A DNA stretch of 64,000 bases from NCBI GenBank assembly GCA_963695655.1, contig CAVOHG010000008.1:13380-77379 (forward strand), in the 5' to 3' direction. The notes under the pieces were generated by a model, which was not told the origin of the DNA, searched no databases, and saw only the letters and a program-made list of their open reading frames with translations. The stretch comes from an uncultured Acidobacteriota bacterium (lineage in GTDB: Bacteria > Acidobacteriota > Vicinamibacteria > Vicinamibacterales > 2-12-FULL-66-21). The position numbers and the translations under genes are program-made. Of the stretch, positions 53,627 through 63,490 are shown one piece after another; positions within the stretch are counted from its first letter, which is position 1, and every line of letters begins with the position of its first letter.

Positions 53627-56593
53627 TCAGAACGTCGTGCGTATGGCGAGTTGCAGGGCGCGGGGGCCGCCCGATCCGAAGACACCACCGGCGGTCGTCA
53701 CCGGCTGTCCGAACGACGACGACCGGAGATAACCAGGCTGGCCTGGATCGCTGCTGTCGCGAACCAGGACGTTGGCATATCCGGAGTAGTTCTTGACCGA
53801 GACGCCGAGAATGTTCGTCACGTTGAACAGATTGAACACTTCGAGCGTCGGTTCAATCCTGAAGTGGCGGAGGTTGAACGGACGCGACACCCGGAAGTCG
53901 AACGAATTGAACGAGTCGCCGAATCTCGCCGAGTCGCTGACCAGCGGCAGTGGGTCTCCGGCGATGCCTCCACCGGCGTTGATGTCACCGATCGCGCGGT
54001 TGAGATCGGCCGCCGAGTGGAACAGGCGCCCGCCGGCATTGCGCTGGAACACGGGGACGCGCGACTGCGCGTCAGGCATGAGAATGTCCATGGGGACGGC
54101 CGACGCAATCGTCCAGAGCGGTGCGACGAGAATGCCCTCCAGGGACCTCGCCCCACGCGGCCAACGTGAGCCGGTGGCGCTGGTCGTTCGGCGTCGGCCC
54201 GAACTCGCGCCGGAGGTTCCGCGGATCGATCGGACCGTTCGAGAACGGAATCTGATCGTCGTTGGCGTAGTTGAACGCCTTGGCGAACGCATAGCCAACC
54301 CGGAACCCGGAACGGCTACCCCGCTGCTCGGCGCTCACGAGCAGCGCGTCGTACAGCGTGTTCACGCTCGACTCGAGGTTGAGGACCCGATCGAGCCCGC
54401 CGACGACGGGGTTGAACACCGTCCCGATCGCCCGGCCGATGATGAAGTGGGTGCCGAGATTGTGCACACCGTCGACGCGAACCACCACGTTCCGGGGCAG
54501 CGCGTGCTGCACGCCCAGGTTGAACTGCTGGACGGTCGGATTCTCCATGCCGTTGTCGATGATGTTGATTCCGGATGCGCCGGCGCCGGGAAGCGTGAAC
54601 CCGGTGAACGGGTTTGCGAGTGACGGCGCAAAGGGCGGGAACTGTCCCGTCGCCGGATCGACGAAGAATGTGTTGCCGGCCCTCACTTCGATTGGCAGTG
54701 CGCGCCCGTCGAGACCGCGCTCGAGCGACTGCAGCTCGAGCGTCATCCTGTCGTAGTAGATGCCATATCCACCGTGAACGCTGGTCCGCGCGCGACCCGG
54801 CGCCCAGTTGAACCCGATCCTCGGGCCGATGTTGTTCACGTCTTTTCCGCGCGTGCCGGTCAGGAACGGCTGGACGATCGGATTGATCTCCGAGACACGG
54901 CTGATGTTCTTCACGTCCGTGTCGAGCTCGTAGCGGACGCCGACGTTGAGCGTCAGGTCGGGCCGGACCCGCCAGTCGTCCTGTACGAACAACGCGATGT
55001 AGTTGTTGTTCGCGTCCGGAATATTCAGGCCCTGATCGGGCTTGCCGCTTCGGAGCGTCACGGCAAACAGGAGATCCTGGTCATCCACTCGGCCATCGCC
55101 GTTGTGATCGAAATCGGCGAAGTCTTCGACCAGCTCGACGCGACCCTGGCGGAACACATCCAGGTCGAAGTCGCCGAGGACGCGCTGCCACTCGCCGCCC
55201 GCCTTTGATCGTGTGAGCGCCACGGACGAGAGTTGCCGAGTCGCTCAACTGGAAGCGCTTCTGGGTCGTGCCCTGCGGCACACGGAACGACGCACCATCG
55301 GCCAGACTCGGGAATGTCAGCTGCGGCTCGGCCGTGACCGGATCGATCCGGTTGTGGTAAGTGCTGAACGAGGTGGAGAGCGCGTTCACCATCGTCGGCG
55401 ACAGGATGCGCGTCCACGATCCGACGACAGACTGGTAGCGGTTGACACTGGCCTGACGGTACGACGCCGAGCCGATCGACCGGTCGAGCGTGCTCGCGCC
55501 GGTGTCCTCGGCGTGCTCGCCGGCATAGCGCACCATCACCGAGTCCGGCCCCTTCGCGCGCCAGTCGAACCGTGCCGATCCAAGCAGGTCGTCGAGGGGA
55601 GCGGGCGCAAACGTGCGCCGGATGATCCGCTGCGCGACGTCTCTCGTGCCAACCAGCGTTCCGCCATCCTGGTTCCGGTATTCGATAGCCCCGAACCAGA
55701 ACGTTCCGGGCGCCAGCGGACCACCGGCCGACCCGGCCACCTGCTGCCGGTCGAACGGCGGCTTGAGGCCGGCGATTGCGTCGTACGTCGCGGGAAGCGA
55801 CTGCCAGCGTTGGTCGCGGGCGAAGAGTGACGCAGACCCGCGCAGCCGGTCCGTGCCCGACTTGGTCACGACGTTGATCGCGGACCCGGCCGAGCGGCCG
55901 GTCTCGGCGCTGAATCGGTTGGTGGCAATCTGGAACTCCTGCACCGACTCCTCGGTCACGTTGAGCAGCGGCCCGCCAACCACATCGTCGTTGTTGTCGG
56001 AGCCGTCAATCATGATGTTGCCGCCGCGACCGAGCTGGCCGGCGGACGAAATCACGACCGAGTTCGACTTCGTCGGATCGAAATTCGGGGCGGGCGTGTT
56101 TCCGGGCACGAGGAGTGCGAGCTCGAGAAAGTTGCGGCCGTTCAGCGGCAGCACGTCGATCAGGGCAGACCGTATGACCGCATCCACGACCGAACGACTG
56201 GTGTCGACCGCGATCACGCCGATGCCACCCTCGACGTTCACATTGACGCGCACGCTGTCGAGCGTCAGTTCGACAACAACGGACGCCGCCTGCCCGACTT
56301 CGAGCGCGACGCCCTCCTCTTTTGACGTCGCGGAACCCCGGCGCCGCTACGTCGACGTTCACCATCCCCGGTGCCAGATTCGCGGCAACGAATGAGCCGT
56401 CCGCGCCGGTCACGACTCTCCGCGTTTGCGCAGTATCTGGCGCCGTGATCGTGACGACAGCCGCCGGCACCGGCGCGCCCTGCGGATCGTGCACACGGCC
56501 GCGCAGCGTGGCCGTTGCGGTCTGGGCGTCGCTGCCCGAGGCGAACGCAAGTGTGAACAATGCGGCGACAACGAGCCGTGACAGTAACTTCAT
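53627..56593 (-). CDS. TonB-dependent receptor-like outer-membrane protein with N-terminal CarboxypepD_reg domain, frameshifts near 56320, 55205, 54140
   Basis: MKLLSRLVVAALFTLAFASGSDAQTATATLRGRVHDPQGAPVPAAVVTI..GSFVAANLAPG; plug part LPLNGRNFLELALLVPG..GGNIMIDGSDNND; barrel part ending ..FGSGGPRALQLAIRTTF. Confidence 0.85.
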
Positions 56594-56714
56594 GACGTCC
56601 AGTGATTCTCCTGAGGAGCAGTCGAGGTGGGCCGCAAGAGTACGACAGCGCCACGCGCGCGGCAATAATCTGTATGTGCTAGGGAGAGCTTCGCTGGAGA
56701 GAGCGCTCGCTCAG

Positions 56715-56897
56715 GAGTTCTATTAGGTTCTACCGGGTTCTACCAGGTTCTACGGGTTCTGCCAGGTTCTACGGGTTCGAGGGATCGAACCCAGCGGAAC
56801 CTTCTGAACCTCGTAGAACCCTGGTAGGTGTAGCTTCCGCCTTCAGGCGGAAGTAAGGGCGAAAACCCCGTAGAACCTTGCGAACCCTGCAGAACCC
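56715..56897. repeat. composite intergenic structure: GGTTCTAC direct repeats, central palindrome, inverted GTAGAACC repeats and an embedded hairpin element
   Basis: Left arm: ggttctaccgggttctaccaggttctacgggttctgccaggttctac. Centre: GGGTTCGAgggaTCGAACCC (56773..56792). Right arm: ..cgtagaaccctggtag, gtagCTTCCGCCttcaGGCGGAAG, ..ccgtagaaccttgcgaaccctgcagaaccc. Confidence 0.85.
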
Positions 56898-58668
56898 TCA
56901 GTAGAGCGTGTACGTGTAGAGCGTGTCGCCGACGGCGACGATGACGTACTGGTGCCCGTCGATCATGTAGGTCTGGGGCGCGTTCGAGATCGTGCCGATG
57001 CGCGAGTGCCACAACGGTTTGCCGTTTGCGGGATCGTGAGCGACGAGGTTGCCTCCCTTGTCGCCGGCGAAGAGCAGCTTGCCGGCGGTCGCAAGCAGGC
57101 CGGCGCCGCCGCCGCCCGAGTTGCCCGGGTACTCGATGCCGCCAGGCGATGTTGCCGGTCTTGGGATCGATCGCCGTCAGGTAACTGGGGTACGAACCGA
57201 CCGCTACGGTCTGCTTGCCGCCGAGCCCCATCGAGCCACGCGGATCAGGATCGGTCAGGTAGATCAGCTGGAACCCGTTGTTCTCCTGCGTGTAGAACAG
57301 ACCGGTGTCCGGCGAATACGCCGGCGGCGGCCAGTTGGTGACGCCGCCTTCGACCGGCGACACGAGTGACCCCGGTACGGTGGCTTCCTTCTCCGGGTTC
57401 GGCTCGGGCGCACCATTCTTCCGCAGTCCCTTGGACCAGTTCGTCGTCGTCCCGTACTTGCTCGTCGCGATGTTTTCCCCCGTGACCCGGTCCACGGTGA
57501 AGAAGTAGCCGTTGCGAGCGGCAGTCGAGACCATCTTGCGCTGCCGTCCGGCAATGACGCCGTCGATGAGCACCGGCGTCTGGGCGGAGTCCCAGTCGTG
57601 CGTGTCGTGAGGGGAGGTCTGGTAGTACCACGCCATCTTGCCGGTCTCGACGTTGACGGCGACGAGGGAGCAGGTGAACAGGTTGTCACCCTTCCGCGCG
57701 ACGCCCGTGTAGCCCGGCGTCGGGTTGCCGGTGCCGAAGATGTACAGCTTCGTTTCGGCATCGTAGACGCCGGGGATCCAGACCTGGCCACCGCCGTGGC
57801 GTGCGGCCTCGAGGCTCGGCCACGTGTCGAGGCCGGGGTCACCGGGATTCATCGGGACGGTATAGAACTTCCACTGGAGCTTACCCGTCTCGGGATCGAA
57901 GGACTGCAGGAAGCCGGGCGCATCGAGGTCGTTTCCGGTTCCGGCGAGCACGTGGTTGCCGATGACCATCGGCGCCATGGTCGAGAAGTACTGCTGGTTG
58001 AAATCGGCGATTTCGACGTGCCAGCGCTCCTTGCCGGTACGCGCATCGAGCGAGACCAGGTAGTTGTCCGGCGTTTCGAAGTACAGGTAGTTGTTCCACA
58101 TCCCCATGCCGCGGCTGCCGATGTGGGTGCCTCCCTTCGTCTTCCAGTAGTAGTGCCAGAGCTCGCGGCCATCGCGCGCGTCGATCGCCCACGCATTGTC
58201 CGGCGCCGAGATGTAGAGCACGCCGCCGACCTGCAGGATCGCTCCCTTGATGTTGGCGTTGCCGCCAGCCGCGAACTCGCCGCTGCCTTCACCACCGACG
58301 ATCACCGGCGCCGCGCCGCCGAACCCACCGCGTCCGCCGCCGAATCCGCCGCCGCCACCGGCATTCCCCGCACCGGCGGTGAGCTTCGACACCCATGCGA
58401 GCGTGAGGTTCTTGACGTTCGTCTGGTTGACCTGCGTCAGTGTGCTGTAGCGCCGGCCGGTGTAGTCGCCTGAGTAGCTCGTCCACTCCTCGGCGAGTGG
58501 TTTCAGCATCGCCGCGGGATCGAGGCCGCCCTGGCCCTGAGGCTGTGCCGCGGGAGCAGGTGCTGCCTGCGCAGCCGGAGCTGCCTGGCCCTGCGGCTGA
58601 CCCTGCGCGGCGAGGAGCACCGGGACCACGGCGACCGCGGTCGTGAGCAATATCTTTTTCAATGTCAT
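56898..58668 (-). CDS. PQQ-dependent dehydrogenase (methanol/ethanol-family 8-bladed propeller) with Gly-rich insertion, frameshift near 57136
   Basis: YSGDYTGRRYSTLTQVN..LAWV..GGVLYISAPDNAWAIDARDGRELW..GNPTPG..GDNLFTCSLVAVNVETGKMAWYYQTSPHDTHDWD. The corrected tail reads LLFAGDKGGNLVAHDPANGKPLW..YVIVAVGDTLYTYTLY. Confidence 0.85.
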
Positions 58669-59640
58669 TTCAGCGTCACCAGGTAGGCGGTCACATCGTG
58701 GATGTCTTTATCCGTGTACACCGTCAGCAGCTGCCGATGGCCTTCGAGCGGATCGTTGATTTCGACCTTCGGCACCGCGCCGTCGCGGCGAATCGCGCGT
58801 GCCGGGCCGTCGCCTTGCTTCACGACGACAACGAAATCGTCAATCCGGTCGAGCGGCGCCTTCGATCTTCTGACCTGACGGCATCGTCACGGTCACCGTC
58901 ACCGGCTTGCCGCCACCTCCACCACCGCCACGGCCGCCCCGGCCAGCGCCGCCGCCCGAGACCCAGGTCGTCTGGAGCTGCGTCGGATCGGTGATTCGTC
59001 CGGCGAGCCCCTGCAAATCACCGGTGGCCGAGTGACAGGAGGCGCACTTCGCGGTGAAGAACGCCTTGCCCGCCGCGGCATCGCCAACGACGATGTTCAG
59101 TGCGGCGGGCTCGGACCCGGGCGGGGGATTGCCCTGCCCGCGCATCGTTGCGGCCACGCTGTGGATGTACTCGGCAATCGCCCTGACGTCGTCGTCCGGC
59201 AGACCCGGGAAGGGAGGCATCGGCGGCATGCCGGGATTCTGCCGGCCGTTGTGGACGACGGGCAGAATGAGCTCGCCCTTCTGATCGTTGAGCACGAGTT
59301 GTGAGCGGAGCAGGTTGACGCCGCCCATGTCGCCGCCCCTGAGATCCGCGCCGTGGCAGATCCGGCAGTTCACGCCAAAAAGAGTCTGGCCGCGCGCGAT
59401 GAGCGCGGGATCTCCCGGGGGACGCTGTTGGGCGGGGAAGGTCGCGGGATTGCCTCGTCCGCGTCCACCTTGCACCGGCACCGGGGCCTGTGCGCCACCC
59501 GGTGGCGCATTCGGCGCCGGCGGCGCCTGACCGGCGGGCGGGGCCTGGGGCGGCGGCGGCTGCTGCGCCGCGGGCCGGACCGCAAAGGACGCCAGCAGCA
59601 ACAGCGCCGCGGCAGCCACACTCGTATTTGGTCGCATCAA
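58665..59640 (-). CDS. dihaem c-type cytochrome, frameshift near 58855; stop overlaps the PQQ dehydrogenase ATG
   Basis: Signal peptide, a Pro/Gly-rich linker, then CRICH and CASCH haem motifs. The corrected tail reads LDRIDDFVVVVKQGDG..DIHDVTAYLVTLK. Confidence 0.8.
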
Positions 59641-59834
59641 TTACCCCATCAAGGAATCAGGGCCTGTCCCGGCGGACGGGCTTCATACCGACGATAGATC
59701 AGCACGACGCATTCGCGTAAAGCCGCGATGGACCGCCGCTCCGGACACCCGCACGTCCGGACGCATTTCTCCACAGACATTACGCGCCCCATATGGTAAA
59801 CGTTTCGGCGTGCGCATGCTGCTTTCATTGGTGA

Positions 59835-61613
59835 ATGTCTTCACTCCTCGATGCCACAGGTCACTCGAGGACACGAGCGACGGCGGCCGCGGCGATGGTG
59901 TTGTCGACCGCGCTCCTCGCCTCGGATGCCGTTGTCCCTGGCCAGGCCCCGGCCAGCCGGAATTTTCCAACCGTCGGTGGCAACCTCGCCAACCAGCGGC
60001 ACTCGTCGCTCACCCGAATCACGAAGACGAACGTCAGCCATCTTGGCGGCGCCTGGATGATTCACCTCGAGGACGGCCAGCCGGCGGGCACGATGCAGGC
60101 GACGCCAGTTGTCGTCGACGGCGTCATTTACATCGCGACAGGCATCGGAAATGTCTTCGCTGTCGATGGAGCGACCGGCGCGATCAAGTGGAAGTACCGG
60201 TCAGGAGGTCGTCCCGGGAGCAATCGCGGAGTCGCCGTCGGAGGCGGCCGCGTCTTCGCCGGTCAGCGCGACAACTCGCTCGTCGCGCTCGATCAGAAGA
60301 CCGGCTCGCGGCTGTGGCGCAGCGAGCTGGCCACGACTGGCCCGGGCACGACGAGCGCGCCAGCGACCTACCACGACGGCCTGGTTTACATCGGCATCGG
60401 CGGCGGCGAGCTGGGGGTTCGGGGACAGTTCGGGGCGTACGATGCGGCGACCGGCAAAGAGGTGTGGAAGTTCTGGACCATCCCGGCGCCGGGAGAACGC
60501 GGCAGCGAGACCTGGGAAGGAGAGTCGTGGCGCTACGGCGGCGCTCCGGTATGGACGCAGCCCGCGATCGATCCGGCGCTCAATACCGTTTACGTCGCAG
60601 TCGGCAACGCGGGACCTGACAACGACGGCACCGCGCGTGCCGGTGACAACCTGTTCACCGTGTCGATCGTGGCGCTCGATGCGAAAACGGGCGCGTACAA
60701 GTGGCACTTCCAGGAGGTGCACCACGATTTGTGGGACTACGACAACGCCGCCGCGCCAGTGCTCGCCGACATCCGGTTCAACGGTCGCAAGCGGCAGATC
60801 CTGATGCACGGCGGCAAGACGGGGATGATGTACATCCTGGACCGCGTCACCGGTAAGCCACTCATCGGCATCGAGGAGCGCGCGGTGGCGCAGGAACCGC
60901 GGATGAAGACCGCGCCGACGCAGCCGTTTCCCATCGGTGATTCGTTCGTGCCGACCTGTCCCGAGCCTGGCAGCGTTGATCCGAAGTATCCGACGAGTTG
61001 CATCTTCGGCGGTTACTGGACCGAACCCGTCGTCATGGCGCCGGGCACGCAGGGAGGGCTCTCGTGGGCACCGATGGCGTTCAACCCGCAGACCGGTTTG
61101 ATCTACGTGCCGGGCAGTATCATCAATTCGGGTTTTTCCCTGCGGCGGCAGGAATGGGATGAAAGCACGCGGAGTTTCCGTGCCGTCGGCACCGGGGCAG
61201 GATTCTTTCGTCCTCCGGGCGAACCGCGCAGCGGCACCCTGACAGCGATCAATCCCACGACGAACAAGATCGTGTGGCAGAAGCGGACGAAGTTCCCGAT
61301 CGGAACGGGGAGCGGACTCCTGAGCACGGCGACCGGGCTGCTCTTCCACGGCGAGTCGGATGGCAGAATGCTCGCCTACGACATCACCACTGGCGAGCCA
61401 CTGTGGAACTTCCAGACCGGCGCCGGCGCGGACGCGCCCGCCGTGACCTACGAGATCGGCGGCGAGCAGTACGTCGCGATTCTCGCGGGCGGCAACACGT
61501 TTCAACTATCGGAACGCGGAGACAATCTCTGGGCGTTCAAACTCGGCGGCAAAGTGCCGCCCGCTCCCGCGCCGCCCGAGCCCCCGACGACGCAGCCGGG
61601 CCCGCCGAAGTAA
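59835..61613 (+). CDS. PQQ-dependent dehydrogenase (soluble quinoprotein propeller), intact
   Basis: QATPVVVDGVIYIATGIGNVFAVDGATGAIKW..LVALDQKTGSRLW..GDNLFTVSIVALDAKTGAYKWHFQEVHHDLWDYD..YVAILAGGNT. Confidence 0.85.
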   Translation: MSSLLDATGHSRTRATAAAAMVLSTALLASDAVVPGQAPASRNFPTVGGNLANQRHSSLTRITKTNVSHLGGAWMIHLEDGQPAGTMQATPVVVDGVIYIATGIGNVFAVDGATGAIKWKYRSGGRPGSNRGVAVGGGRVFAGQRDNSLVALDQKTGSRLWRSELATTGPGTTSAPATYHDGLVYIGIGGGELGVRGQFGAYDAATGKEVWKFWTIPAPGERGSETWEGESWRYGGAPVWTQPAIDPALNTVYVAVGNAGPDNDGTARAGDNLFTVSIVALDAKTGAYKWHFQEVHHDLWDYDNAAAPVLADIRFNGRKRQILMHGGKTGMMYILDRVTGKPLIGIEERAVAQEPRMKTAPTQPFPIGDSFVPTCPEPGSVDPKYPTSCIFGGYWTEPVVMAPGTQGGLSWAPMAFNPQTGLIYVPGSIINSGFSLRRQEWDESTRSFRAVGTGAGFFRPPGEPRSGTLTAINPTTNKIVWQKRTKFPIGTGSGLLSTATGLLFHGESDGRMLAYDITTGEPLWNFQTGAGADAPAVTYEIGGEQYVAILAGGNTFQLSERGDNLWAFKLGGKVPPAPAPPEPPTTQPGPPK

Positions 61614-61690
61614 GCTGACGGGATCGGCGGTACACTTCGGGGTGAGGCTCGGCCGAACCGATCGCGAGCCCAGGCCCCCGACTGACTGTT

Positions 61691-61736
61691 CCGAGATCCC
61701 GAGTCCCGAATCCCGAGTCCCGAGTCCCGAGTCCCG
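61691..61736. repeat. tandem heptanucleotide array CCCGAGT (reverse complement of the GGGACTC family) ending 1 nt before a start codon
   Basis: Sequence reads ccgagat cccgagt cccgaat cccgagt cccgagt cccgagt cccgt ATG. Confidence 0.9.
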
Positions 61737-61737
61737 T

Positions 61738-62382
61738 ATGATCGCCAACCCCCACGCAGGCCAGAAACCCCTTTGGCGAGGTCCGGCGACGTCCGCGGCG
61801 CGCCTTGCCGTCATCCTCGTACACGGACGTGGTGGTTCGGCGAGTGAGATGCTGACCCTTGCCGACGAGCTCGGGATTTCGGACATCGCCTGGGTGGCGC
61901 CACAGGCAGCGGGGCACACCTGGTATCCGTATTCGTTCCTCGCGCCGATCGAACAGAATGAGCCGGGGATCTCGTCAGGGCTGGGCGTGCTCGCTGGACT
62001 TGTGGAGGACCTCGGTCGAGGCGGCATCCCGGCGAGCCGTGTCGGAGTGCTCGGCTTCTCCCAGGGCGCCTGCCTGTCGCTCGAATTCGCCGCCCGCCAT
62101 GCCGATCGCTATGCTGCGGTCGTGGGATTGAGCGGCGGCCTGATTGGCCCCCCGGGTACGCCTCGAGACTACGCGGGATCGCTCGCGGGCACGCCTGTGT
62201 TTCTCGGCTGCAGCGATGTCGACGCGCACATTCCGGTTGAACGCGTGCGCGAGTCGGCAACGGTTTTCCGCCGCCTCGAAGCCAGCGTCGACGAGCGCAT
62301 CTATCCACGGATGGGTCACACCATCAACCAGGACGAGCTCGACGCCGTGCGCACCTTGCTCTCGGCAGGAAAGAAGGCGTGA
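61738..62382 (+). CDS. alpha/beta hydrolase, phospholipase/carboxylesterase family (MhqD-like)
   Basis: LAVILVHGRGGSASEM..VGVLGFSQGACLSLEF (nucleophile elbow GFSQG)..VFLGCSDVDAHIP..YPRMGHTI. Confidence 0.8.
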   Translation: MIANPHAGQKPLWRGPATSAARLAVILVHGRGGSASEMLTLADELGISDIAWVAPQAAGHTWYPYSFLAPIEQNEPGISSGLGVLAGLVEDLGRGGIPASRVGVLGFSQGACLSLEFAARHADRYAAVVGLSGGLIGPPGTPRDYAGSLAGTPVFLGCSDVDAHIPVERVRESATVFRRLEASVDERIYPRMGHTINQDELDAVRTLLSAGKKA

Positions 62383-62408
62383 GAGCTAGCCGGGAGCAGA
62401 AAGCGCCG

Positions 62409-62528
62409 GTCAGTAGCCAGTAACCAGTAGCCAGTTGCTGAGAACTGATTGCTGACAACTGATTGCTGAGAACTGATTGCTGAGAACTGATTGCTGATAA
62501 CTGAGAGCTGATCGCTGATAGCTGTCAG
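62409..62528. repeat. tandem heptanucleotide array, about 17 units (GCCAGTA, then alternating CTGATTG/CTGAGAA, then GCTGATA)
   Basis: Sequence reads gtcagta gccagta accagta gccagtt gctgaga actgatt gctgaca actgatt gctgaga actgatt gctgaga actgatt gctgata actgaga gctgatc gctgata gctgtca. Confidence 0.9.
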
Positions 62529-63467
62529 CTAGTAAGCCACCTCCGCCAGCCCTCCTTCAATTTCCCGCCGGTTCGCTTCCTCCCACGGCGGCAGTTTGAG
62601 GGCGCGGCCGAGCGCGGCCAGCGGCTCGTCGACGGTAAAGCCGGGTCGCACGGTGGCGATTTCGAGCAGGACGCCGCCCGGCTCCCGGAAGTAGATCGAT
62701 TGGAAGTATTGCCGGTCGAGAACGTCGGTCACGCCGTAGCCGAGCGTGAGCAGTTCCTCCCTGGCGCGCACCTGTTCCTCCGCGCTGCCGATGGCCAGTG
62801 CGACATGATGAACGGTCCCGAGGCCATTCAGGGCCGGCGGCGCGTCGGATCGGTAGGCGACGTCCATCAGCTTGCCCGCTCCGTCCCCGTTCACTCCCAG
62901 CCGAATCCGCCCTTCGGTTTCAGTCACGATTCGAAAGCCGAGGAAGTCCGTCAGCAGTTGCACCGTCCGCTCCGGCGAACGGACCAGGAGGGTGACGCTG
63001 TGCAGCCCGCGGATCGCGCAGGCTGCCGGAATGCCGCCGCCCGTCCAGCCCTTGCGGTCGTCCACGGACTCGACGAGCTCGATCGCGAGCCCGGACGGAT
63101 CCGTCACCATCAGCGTGCGATCGTCGAACGGCCGCTCGACCTGCTCGACGTTCATACCGAGTCGCGTCAGCCTGTCCCGCCAGAACTCGAGTGACGACGG
63201 CGGGACGGAAAAGGAGGTGACGGCGATCTGACCGGCCCCCTTCACGCCGACCCGCACACCGCGACCGTGATACGGGAACGTCGTCCAGATAGTCCCGGGT
63301 GTCCCGCCCTCGTTACCGTAATAGAAGTGGTAGACGTGATGGTTGTCGAAGTTGACGGTCTTCTTCACCAGCCGCAGCCCGAGGCCGCCGATGCAGAAGT
63401 CGACGTCCGGCTGGGCCTCGTCGACAGTGGCGGTCACGTGGTGGAGTCCGAGGATGTGATGGGTCAT
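62529..63467 (-). CDS. two-domain VOC-family ring-cleaving dioxygenase (MhqO/YfiE-like), intact
   Basis: MTHHILGLHHVTATVDEAQPDVDFCIGGLGLRLVKKTVNFDNHHVYHFYYGNEGGTPGTIWTTFPY..GLHSVTL..GTVHHVALAI..QYFQSIYFREPGGVLLEIAT. Confidence 0.85.
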   Translation of the reverse strand: MTHHILGLHHVTATVDEAQPDVDFCIGGLGLRLVKKTVNFDNHHVYHFYYGNEGGTPGTIWTTFPYHGRGVRVGVKGAGQIAVTSFSVPPSSLEFWRDRLTRLGMNVEQVERPFDDRTLMVTDPSGLAIELVESVDDRKGWTGGGIPAACAIRGLHSVTLLVRSPERTVQLLTDFLGFRIVTETEGRIRLGVNGDGAGKLMDVAYRSDAPPALNGLGTVHHVALAIGSAEEQVRAREELLTLGYGVTDVLDRQYFQSIYFREPGGVLLEIATVRPGFTVDEPLAALGRALKLPPWEEANRREIEGGLAEVAY

Positions 63468-63490
63468 AGCGTTGCCGATCGATTTCAGGG

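Noticed and set aside
56773-56792. GGGTTCGAgggaTCGAACCC as a tRNA T-arm or tRNA fragment.
   Set aside because: No acceptor, D or anticodon arms can be built around it. It is the centre of a larger repeat palindrome.
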